From Antedon mediterranea (lineage: Eukaryota > Animalia > Echinodermata), in the NCBI RefSeq assembly GCF_964355755.1, contig NC_092672.1, forward strand, positions 11,284,001-11,348,000: a stretch of DNA of 64,000 bases, in the 5' to 3' direction. The position numbers and the translations under genes are program-made. Below, in pieces: positions 12,513 through 22,908 of this stretch (position 1 is its first letter; every line of letters begins with the position of its first letter). Under the pieces are notes generated by a model that did not search any database, had not been told where the DNA came from, and saw nothing but the letters and a program-made list of their open reading frames with translations.

Positions 12513-15500
12513 CTAGAACAATGAAAACGTTGATTGTGTTGTTTCATCAGTAGTAGATGATGCTGCCGCCAAAAAGCTTAAGCCTGGCGATTGATGATTT
12601 GAATCCTGCTGCTCACCGCCAAATGAAAACTGGAATTCTGGAGTTTTCGGAGTTTTAGATTTATGCTTGTCATTTTCACCTCCACCACTGAACAGTGCTA
12701 ATCATTTATTGAAAAATAAAAGATAAGTTTAGAAATATGATTTTAAAAGTTATTTGCTAAGGTATTGTGCTCTATCACAAGACTATACTGCTTGAAGATG
12801 ATTTGTCCAAAACGACAGCCATTCGGGTTTAGAAGGTGATCAGTTAATATAATTTAGTTTCATTTTGAATTGTAAATATTAATTAATTAATTAAATTGTC
12901 AGTCTATTACCCGGCAGTTTAGAATTCATGTTCTGTACCTAATGTGTTTACATAATTATATAATTTAATTTTTTTACATAATTATATAAACAGTATCTCT
13001 TCAGATATCCTGCTTTGTGAATAAAAAAAAAAAAGTGAGGGCGTATCAATTTGATCTCTGGTGCGTGTACGTACAATTGAGGGACTTCTGCTGTTCCACT
13101 GTATCACGCCAAGAGTGTTAAAGGCCAGGTGCGGGCAAAAAATTTCTATTGATCATACATTCCAATAATTATCGATCTTTAGTTTTCCCTATGTTTCATA
13201 ATTTTTGGGATTTTATTTGTGTTACACGAGCTTGTTGAAAATAAGCACTTTCTTATCAGTGGGGGGATAGTTCAAATTACACAGTAAAATCCCTATTCTT
13301 TTGTACACAAATTTTGTAAATAGAGAGGCATTTTAAAAAGCTATGAAAAATAAAAGGTGTGGTAAAAAATGTTATCAGATGACTAAATATGGGTAATATA
13401 ACTTGAATATTACATTTCTGATATTTTTATTCAACTTCAGATTTTTATTTTCATGCTATAGCAAAAATTATCCACTGTATATCCACCATCTTTTTTCACC
13501 GTCTAGGGAGTCACCAGACATGTTATTACATTAGGTTAATTACCTAACTACTGAAAAAAAGTCTTTTATGGAAGAATTTTGCCAAATTTTGTATTTGACT
13601 ATATTAAGGGAAATTCATGTTTTTTTTGTCTCGATTTCTGTTACAAATATTTGATTTATGTACAATGAACCAAATATTATATTTAAAATTGATGCCTGTA
13701 CCTGAGCTTTAAATAGTCGCTATCCAATTGAGTTTGAACAATACCATGAAAGTCCCAGTGGTCTAATGGTTAGGACATCTGCATATCAAGCTGAAGGTTC
13801 TGGGTATCATGGTTGGGGTGACTTTTTCTCATTCTCTACAAAGCATGTGCTAATAGAACTACAACTTAGTAACAGCAAAAACTAACAGTTACTTACATTT
13901 CTCAGACTGGAATGATGAGAGTTGAGATTCCATGAATATCTCTCCCAAAGTGGTAGAAGGTACTACCTCAGAAGAAACAAACAAAGACTTTCCAAAACTA
14001 TGTTGTTGAATCTGAGATTTTGGTGACTTTGAATCTATCAAATAAATGTAATACAGTTTTCAACTGGTTAAATTTTCTAGTTGTAAATGTTCCATCACAA
14101 ATATTTAAAAAGTCACCACCATAACCCCCCCCCCCCCCCCCCACCCAATCTATTTAATTACTTTTGTCATTCAAATTGTTTTTCTCACCGTAAGTAGTAC
14201 TGGACTGATCCATGTTTGAGTCAGAGTTCTCACCAAGTTGCTAAAACAAACAAAAACAGCAATTTTAATTTTTCGGAAGAGTGGTGAGGTACCCCTGGTG
14301 TACTGGTCCATTCAGCCCCAGTTGTTGTGGACTGACGCCATTTAGTGGCAGCACTCAACATGAAGGAACTCTCAAGGGAGAAGAAAGTAGGTTTCAAGTC
14401 ACAGATTATTCCTCATTTACATCATGATGATGTTAAAGACGATGTTGATGACGATGAAAGCAATGACTAGTCATCACCCCAATAATTAATAGGAATTACA
14501 ACACTGCTGATTTAGTTATTTTACTTGCCTGAAAGAATGATTGAAAAAACGGATTATCCACTTGACCAGATGAGTAATTATTTTCTTCCTGATTTTGTCC
14601 ATCTAAACCCTGTCAACAACAAAATTATTACACATTCATTTATGTATTAAGAAAATGAATACCTCAAAATCTTGTAAAAAGTGTAAAAATTAATCATGAA
14701 GGAAGCCATGGATAAATAATATAATAGGCCTATTTAAAAATTGTTTAATTTTTCTTTTATATTAATCAATTCTTAACTCTAAATTAATTTAATCAATATG
14801 CCAGTGCCATTAAAAGAGGGAAAAATGCTGTCTTGCAATTATGTATAAAATTAATAATAAAATAATTAAAGTATCATTTGGCTTTAAATGAACGTAAAAT
14901 AAGTGCAGTGAAGTTTTTGAGGTGCAAAGATGATCTATAAAAAATTCAAAAATAGGAAACGAGAGAAATAAATGGAGGGCTTTGAAAGAGGAACATGTAA
15001 TGCACTACAGTGGACTGCTAAACTCTGAAGAAGAAGAAATAAGTTTTCTCCAACTTATGAAGTAAATGGTAAATTACTGGAACTGAAGTCTTTAATAATT
15101 GAACCAAATGACTAAGTTCACAAAGAAAAATTCATTACCTGCAGAGTATCAAACATTGGACGCCTTGTAAATACAAAACCAGGACTACTGGAGTTACTAA
15201 CATTATTCTTGTGAGATTGACTGTCCTCTGGCAGCTGTACTTCATAAGTACTGTTTAGTGTGTTTATAACACTAACCACTATTTATTAAATAATTGAACA
15301 TTTTTATTTCATTGAAACATTTACTTATAATTAGTTTTTCAAATCAGATTGCTTCTCTTGTAAAATATTATGTATTTTCTATACTAATTTAACAAATTGC
15401 ACGCAAAAATTGTTTTTTCCATGGTTACCAACCATGTTGCATCGTACAAAACCAGTCCCAAAAACAAACATGTACATTTGGCAACAACTTGTAATCCTTG

Positions 15501-18500
15501 GTGTCAATTATAGTGTGAACTCTCTACTATTACTAACCTTCTTCTAAAAGTTTACCTTGGCTTGTTGAACCTTCTGTTATATGCTCTGGTTCTTCAGGGT
15601 CGATTTGCACATAAGCCATTGTCTCTTCTGTAGTGTTAATGTTGTTACCAGTATTGGGCGGGCTCTATTGTTGTAAAAGTGTGCACAAAAAAAGAATTTT
15701 TTTAAGAGTAAGGAAAAAAAGAGAGTGTGATAGTGGAGGCGGTGAGGTATAATTTTTAGAGAAATGTTGATAAAAAATAATGTAAACTTGACTTGATATG
15801 GGTGATGTATGGACAATGTATTTACTAATGTAGCCACAGGATGAAAATAACCAAATGTTTGGTTATATACAGTAATTAAAATGTGTGATGCTAGGTGACA
15901 ATCTAGTTAGCAAAACCAGAAATCCATTGTTGAGTAAAATAGTGTTTATGCAAATCATGGTCAACATGAATTTGTTTGTTCATTATTGTATGAAATTAAT
16001 GTATTTAAAAATATTCTGTATTATTACTATACAAATTAAAACAATAAATTAATGAATGCACTTACTGCTATATTGGAGTCATTGAAATTAGCATGTATTG
16101 GTGATTGTAAACTCTGTTGTTTTGATTGACAATCAGGAAAATCTTGTTTTAATTGCAGAGACGATGTCAGAGTGTCAGAGAAGGATCTCAAGATGGAAGG
16201 TGCCTGTGAAGTATTGAAATGTGGAGAAGGGGGTGGCTGGTACAGAGATGGCATTTGAAAGGGCATACTTCTTCTAATAGGAATCTCTTGTGCTTTTTCA
16301 TTCTGGATGTTAGCAGTATTTTGTGATACCTTTTGAGACGCCATCGATTCATACTGAATAAGGTCAGATGCAGGCTGCGACAGAGTTTCTGTTGTATTAA
16401 TAGGTTGGGAATACAAGCAGGATGATTCAATCTCTGGTTGTGGTATGTCCAATGGCTGGGTATTCTCTTGATATTGAATAAGATACGGTGTTGAAACAAC
16501 CGCTGTTGGTGGTGGAGTGCGAGCATTATCAAGTTGTACTTCTCTGAATGGAGTGACTGGTGTTGAAATCATTGGAACTTTAGTAAGCCATGACACATTA
16601 TGCTCTTTATTCTGTTGATTTTGATGGATATTTTTCACATTCTGCTGTGCTCTTTCCATTTGATGCTGGTCTTCTACAAGTTCCATTTGATTCTGCTCAT
16701 ACAGCTGCTGTTCTTCAATATACCTCCTGTTCTGGTGTTGTAATGTTCCCATACGCTTCTGTGGACTTTCCAATTGCTGCCTTTCTTGTATGGGACAATC
16801 TAACTGATATTGTTGGTTCATAAGTTTCTCCATCTGCTCCCTTAATTTTATTTGCTCTGATTTTTCCATTTCTACTTGCTGAAGTCTTTCTTTCTTTTGA
16901 TGGCTCTGTTGTTGAAGACATCTGTCCACTTTCTGCTGTATTTTGAATCCTTGTTGTGCTACCTCTAATGGCTGCTGATGTAGTGTTTTCTCCATTCCTT
17001 CCTGCAGTAGGGTTCTCTCCATCGCTTCTTCCTGTAGCATTCTCTCTATCCTTTCCTGCTGTAGTGGTCTCTTTATTTGATCCTGCTGCAGTGGTCTGTC
17101 CAATTTTTTCTTTTGCATAATTCTTTCCATTCGTTCCAGATGTAGCATTCCTACCACTTCTTGTTGGTTTAGTGCTCTAATCATGTTATCCTGTAAAACA
17201 CTCTCCTTTTCTCCCTGCTGTAGTGTTCTAGTCATTCCTTCTTGCTGCAGTGTTCTTTCCATTTGTTCCTGCAGTTGTATTTTTTTCGTTCTTTCCTGCT
17301 GCTGTGATCTATCCATTCCTTCCTGCTGTAGTGTTTTTTGTAGTATTTTATCAATAGTTTCCATGTTCTTTTGTGCTTTTTCATTTTGTTGAAGTAATAT
17401 TTTATCTGTATCAGCTTGTTCTTTTTCCAGTTTCTTTTTTTCATAATATTTCTTGATAAAAAGTACAAAACAAACAAGTTAGAAACTCTATATAATAGTT
17501 ATGAAAATTAACAAAAGCAAGCAACGTAATGTAAGGAACGAATGATTTTAATTTGAAGAGTCAACAAAGACAATAAACAATTGTCAATCTTTCATACTAA
17601 TTAATTCAGTTTAATGTGCTGTCATCTGTTAATTGAGGGGGAGCGAGGGCAAGGGTTGTGGCCAACACCTCCTAAATTATTAGGTCTACTGATAGAATAT
17701 ATATATTAATAAATATATTCAACTGTAACCAATATTCAATTAGTAAAACATATAATTCAAGAACTCATTTTCATTGCTGTTCACACGTTGATATCTGGGT
17801 CATGCTACATCCAATGCCTAAGAATGAAGTCTGAACTATAGTATTGGGCTCGCTCTACACATCAATTGCTCTAAAACAATTGCGGTTTGATCTTTGTGGT
17901 GATCATACAAGTGTCCGTTAAAAAATTACAAAGGTTCACGATTAACAGATTTTTAAATTTATATACTTATATAGACTAAATTAAATTGTATTCATTAGGA
18001 AAGTTACAGAAAGACTTTTGAATGGATAAATTTCTCTAAAACGCAGGGGTTCAACTTGGCAGCTTATTGTTATTCGCTCCTCTCGCAAGGTACTCAATAT
18101 TTTATTAGTTTTGAGCCCCCTCCCCTGGCTAAAAATAAATCCCACACACACACAGGAATGTACATACCTGCATAAGATTGTTTTGTCTTTCTTTTTCTTC
18201 CTCCACTCTTGCAATCATGTAATTGTTATCTTCATTCATTTCTCTAATTTTGTAATCAATTTGATCTGCCTGTAGCTTCATTTTTGCACTTGTGCCAAAG
18301 ATAGTTAAAAAAAATAGAATTGTCACCAAGTGAGAGAGTGATGTCAGAACTATTTATATTAAGTATGTGACTATATCTTTATTGAGCACACTGGACAAAA
18401 TGTACAGTATTTATTATGTTAAAATTAGTAGACTTGTAAAATAGCCATTACATTTTTTACCAATGGTAAAGGATACAGTTCAATAACACAACTTTTCCAG

Positions 18501-20977
18501 GATTCATCTGAAAATAAATAAATAAATATCATCTTGCCTGGAACCCTTGTCAATCTCAAGATATTTAAGAAGGCAGCTTAAATGAAAAAAACTTTAGCTT
18601 TATTCATCAAAACTGCTTTTTATTTTAAAGACCTTTGTCTGATTCGCATTATAAATAGAAAAGGTCTCAAATCATTTAAAGAATACACTGTTAGTAAAAT
18701 ACACTACGATAATAATACAGTATACATTTGGTAAAAATTTGGTTCTATAACAGAATTTTAAAAATTAGAATTATAAGTGTAAGGCCAACCTTTGGACTGC
18801 AGAGCGCATAATTTTGTTTTCAAATTTCTGTTGATATCATGTTTTGCTTGCAGGTTTTGTTCAACTGCTTGCAATTCCTGTTTGTGTTTTCGTAGCTCCA
18901 CTGCCATTGGCATGCTTTCATACTTGATCTTGTAGCTCTGCCAAATGTTATCATAATGCACAAGCGCTTTATCCAAACCAATTCTTAAAAAATAAAATTT
19001 TTACAAATGTTTGATTCATCAGATAATATAGGTAATTATAAACCTGTCTTCATGTTGCCTAGAAATATATATCATGGATCATTGTGTCCTTAATGTTATA
19101 TTATACAAATAATGAATGTTTATGAGTGTAATAGTAAAAATAATTATGAGGTGAAAGATCAAAGTAAAAATAGAACATTTCATCTTTCACCAATGAACCA
19201 TTGCATGAATATAAAACATTCAATATTTGTTTTATAACACACCTATTTTTAACAAGAGGTAAAGCCATAATAACAAACTTACATTCTTGATAACATAAGA
19301 GTTCAATGGAGTAATTATTTAATTGACCCACTGGAATCCTCTAATCAAATTACAAGAATCTATTCAGATATATATTAACTATTTCATCCCAATTTCATTT
19401 TCAATCAATAACACTCTCAGGAATAATCAAAGTAAATCTAAAACACTAATTTAATGTGCTGCCTTTTTTTTAAATGAAAAAAAAAAGATGTATTGTCCCC
19501 CTGTCACATAATGGTTATTACTCAGACAAAAAATTGGATCGTTAAAAATATATTTACATGAAAAAACTGTAAATTAAATTAAGCTCTCAGTCAATGGGGT
19601 TTTGGTTAAATTTTTTATCATTCATAAGTAGAAAAAAAGTGGTTTTTTTTTCTAGGCCGAGTGAATAAATTAATAATTAATAATTAATCTTCATTTTTCA
19701 TGTTTTTGGGGACAATCCATCTTTAAAATTGATGTTTACTTTTGTTCTATCCAGTTTTCTTGCAATGTTTGATAACGCTGTGATAAAGCATCTTGGTGTT
19801 CAACCAACACAGTATAGTGATTCTTCAAACTACAAATCAAATGAATTAATGAATATTTTATATTTTAAAATTATTTATTTTATTAAAAACCATATATTAG
19901 ATACACTGCTACTCACAGTGTGGTTTAATCTTTGGAACACTTAAACACTACGACAAAACATTAATTAAATCCTTAAATTATGGAAATAAATAAATTTAAT
20001 TTTTAATTATGTATATTCAATACATAAATATATAATTAAAGTGCATGGGAGTGTCATTTCTGGCCAACTAGAGGTGCTATTTATCATGAATGTATGTATT
20101 ATATCCGACAACAAGTAGGGTGTCATTTGCTCGCCACAGACCCCAGCATCAATTACTCAGTGTGTCATTTTTATGCCCTGGGCCAACTCTAATTCACTCT
20201 TGCCTCAATTAATTCTATAGTGTATAACATACAGTGATAGAAGTAGAAATACAAACTCACCTATCTATAGTATCTTTATTTTGTCTATACTGATAATGAA
20301 CAGCTTTAGTGTCTTCATCTAATATAGTGTTTGCCTGCTCTAAATCTACAATCTTTTCCTCTGTTGATTTTACTCTACTCTCTAGTGCTGATCATGAACA
20401 ACAAAAAGGGTAAAGCTAACTACTATATATTGCAAAATATATAGTATTGAGTATGGCTAAAACATTTTTAATCTACATATCACTATACAATGTGGATATC
20501 ACTATAACAATGTGGGTATCACAAAACAATGTATCACTAAAATATTTGAGTATAAATTTTGAGTAGCATGAACATTATACAGTACTGAGTATGGCTAAAA
20601 CATTATCATGTATCACTAAAATATAATAATACAATATTGAGTATCATAATATGATAATAATAAAATATGTATACTAAAATACAGTAATGAGTTAACAATG
20701 AAATATTAGCTGTAATTTACCTGTAATTTGTTGGTTTTCTTTTTCAAGTTGCTGTATTTGAATATGTGTATCTTGTACTACAAATTACAAAATCAGATTG
20801 AAGCCAATTATTAGTTATTAGGGCTTTTAGAATTGCTGCAATTAATTGAGCACTTACTATTTATATGAGATTATTAAGGAGTTTGGTCTTACCAAGGTTA
20901 TGAAGAATCTTATCAATTTCATCTGTATCTGCTGAATGCAATGCAGAACTAGTGGTACAAAAACGTTCAATTTCCAT
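12513..20977 (-). CDS. SIX6OS1/C14orf39-like synaptonemal complex central-element protein (~931 aa), with N-terminal coiled coil, inserted Q-rich repeat exon and Phe-rich disordered C-terminus
   Basis: Exons 20977-20893, 20777-20721, 20387-20261, 19829-19740, 18983-18790, 18507-18477, 18288-18168, 17451-16066, 15664-15556, 15278-15139, 14609-14529, 14240-14189, 14034-13897, 12697-12513 total 2796 nt in one open frame. The N-terminal region reads EIDKILHNLV..LDEDTK..LKNHYTVLVEHQDAL..HYDNIWQSYKIKYESMP and the C-terminus reads SPGFVF..FQFSFG..SPGLSFL..TTQSTFSLF*. Both resemble human SIX6OS1 as recalled (SLDRLLLEFV..QYKEVLKQYQLKYSETP..SPGLSFL..FSFG..TTQFTFF*). Confidence 0.75.
13102..13708. mobile_element. 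TTAA-flanked non-autonomous DNA transposon (Kolobok-like)
   Basis: TTAA|AGGCCAGGTGCGGGCA ... TGCCTGTACCTGAGCT|TTAA: an imperfect TIR starting with AG. Confidence 0.55.
14241..14528 (-). other. Non-canonical GC-AG intron
   Basis: The minus-strand donor is TTTCAG|GCAAGT at 14528. Phase 0 is needed to join ..FFQSFFQ to QLGENS.., and the nearby GT alternative is out of phase. Confidence 0.7.
16975..17340 (-). repeat. Coding 27-bp (9-aa) degenerate tandem repeat, ~14 units of R(T/P)LQQE(G/R)ME
   Basis: KTLQQEGMD, RTLQQEGMT, RPLQQDQIK, RPLQQERIE, RMLQEEAME, RTLLQEGME and others in ORF 16036-17364. Confidence 0.85.
18289..18476 (-). other. U12-type (minor spliceosome) GT-AG intron in the SIX6OS1-like gene
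   Basis: The 5'ss is GTATCCTTT (18476-18468). A branch-like TTTTTAAC (18311-18304) lies ~15 nt before the AAG acceptor. Splicing joins ..WKSCVIEL to AKMKLQADQ in frame. Confidence 0.8.
19486..19722. mobile_element. Kolobok-like MITE family with AGATGTATTGTC termini; intact copy at 42588-42907, single ends at ~37570 and ~49253
   Basis: AGATGTATTGTCCCC ... GACAAT(A/C)CATCT|TTAA. The copy at 42588-42907 has TTAA on both sides. Confidence 0.7.
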
Positions 20978-21089
20978 CGCACTTGTATTATTTGGGCTAA
21001 AAAGATTAGATTGGTAAATGTTATTGTTAAAACCTATCTTTAGTATTCTGTACTCTCCTTTTTAGTTTCACAAGAAAGTGTCCTCTTAC

Positions 21090-21780
21090 ATGCTAGGTTA
21101 GGCCTAGCCCTAGTCCCTACTATACTAGGCTAGCCTAGCTCGGTAGTCAGGTTAACTATTATTACTATAACTAGGCCTAGTAGGCCTAGCTAGTCTAAAA
21201 CGTACCCTAGCTTTATAGATAGTAAGGCCCTAGCTAACTAGGCTTAGGCTAGACGGGGTATCTAGGCCTAGGCTAGGCCTATTTAGGCCGGCCAGAAAGA
21301 ACAGCCCCTCTACTCTAGCCTATCACTTATCAGTAGCCTTCTTGCTAGCCTAGCTAGCTAGCCTATAAAAGGCCTCTACTCTAGCTATCATATAGGCCCC
21401 TAGCCTAGTAGGCCTATGAGGTAGGCCTAGGTTAGGCGTATCTATTTAGTATTTTTTTTACTTTTAACTTTAAGCCTGGCCGGCCCTACTCTAGGCTTCT
21501 ACTACTAGCCTAGCCTAGTAGGCCTAGGCTAGGCCTAGCTAGCTAGTAGGGCTAGGCCCTAGCCCTAGCTAGGCCCTAGCTAGCTAGGCCTTAGAGCGTA
21601 AAAGGTGCTAATTTTATCTAAAAATCAAACCTTTTGTCTATTTCTTTGATCGAATAATATTACCACTAGATAGGGCCTAATACGCCTATATAAAAAAGGG
21701 GCCTTTCTTAGGGTTTTGTATTAAATGATTTAATTTAATTAGCCCAGCCTAGGCTACAGGTACGTAGGTAGGCCTAAAAA
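21090..21780. repeat. CTAG/TAGGCCTA-rich palindromic low-complexity tract upstream of the first coding exon of the SIX6OS1-like gene
   Basis: Dense TAGGCCTA, GCTAGC and CCTAGG words. Similar tracts lie at 26130-26270, 26625-26990, 56380-56480, 23550-23580 and 61370-61470. Confidence 0.85.
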
Positions 21781-22154
21781 ACAGATTCTCCCCATAGTAG
21801 GCCCTCAACGTCTAACAAAACTTTTACACCATATTGAGGGCGCGCGTGTACTAGCATCATTTGTAACGCCCTCAATGTTCAAAGATACTTTCTAAAAAGA
21901 TTATTCAGATAATTAAAAGTTTTTGGAAGTTGAGGGCCGGATACTTCTATGTAATGAGAGAATTTCTCATTAGTATTCCTTACATGAATGGTAATACTAA
22001 TAATATAATTAAACTGGCATATTCTCTATTGGCAAACCTTTGTTTGTGCTAACAACAGAATATATAAGTTACGGTGGCCTATAAGTGTCACGGCAACTTT
22101 TTTTAAATATCACGGCAATTTTTTCATAAAAAGCAACGGCAATTTGTAAAAAGC

Positions 22155-22900
22155 CACTATGTCGGTCGGTCGGTCTGTCTGTCTGTCGGTCTGTCTGTCG
22201 GTCTGTCTGTCTGTCGGTCCGGTATCACTATGCGTTTTATCGCTTTATGACCTTATCTTGATATCAGTTTAATCTAGCTAAGTCAATTTTTCACAGAATA
22301 TTCCTTATGGCCAGGAATCGATGTGGTTATGTTTTCACGGTGCGCAATAAAAAATTACGCGGTCTACGCACGATTTAACGAAATCACGTTTGTAATCATA
22401 TCTTAACAACCATGAATCACAATTAAATAAAATTTGGTACTCATACATTTCAGGGCATAAATCATCATATGGCAATACAGTTACGTGCGTAGCGCATGTA
22501 ACGCATGCGTACGCGCGCTTAAAATTTTCAAAATTTATTTTCGATGAAATAAGAGTACGTTTCAGGCAATTTTAAGCGTTTACAAAATTGCCATGAGTGC
22601 GCAGATTTTTGCGCGCGCACTGCGCGTTAAATGTTATTGCGCACTCTTTTTGCCCGATTTCTGTTTTCTTGACTTACTTTTCAACTCGAAATTACGTTAT
22701 ACGAGCACGTCAAAAGTGACAGGCTACGCACGTGTAAATTAAAAAAATATATATGTTTTTAAACATTTCAACATTTTTAAACATGTTCAGTAATTTCGGT
22801 CAGTATAGTTCACTATGTCGGTCGGTCCGTCTGTCTGTCGGTCTGTCTGTCTGTCGGTCTGTTTGTCTGTCGGTCCGGTATCACTATGCATTGTAGCACG
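22155..22900 (+). mobile_element. Element with two (GTCK)n microsatellite blocks, DINE-1/HINE (Helentron-associated)-like
   Basis: CACTATGTCGGTCGGT(CTGT/CGGT)nCCGGTATCACTATGC occurs at 22155-22232 and again at 22811-22889. The family assignment is inferred from the similarity to the GTCY microsatellite of DINE-1. Confidence 0.45.
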
Positions 22901-22908
22901 CGACTTAA

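Noticed and set aside
13750-13830. tRNA gene
   Set aside because: A/B-box-like sequence is present, but there is no complete cloverleaf or acceptor stem. It is probably a decayed tRNA-derived SINE head.
18289-18349. Hydrophobic TM-like N-terminus of ORF 18129-18329 (MVTILFFLTIFG)
   Set aside because: It is better explained as the T-rich 3' end and branch site of the U12 intron.
18538-18576. Alternative 39-nt exon with a GC donor in the SIX6OS1-like gene
   Set aside because: It would leave an intron of only ~30 nt before the better-supported 31-nt exon, and it is not needed for the frame.
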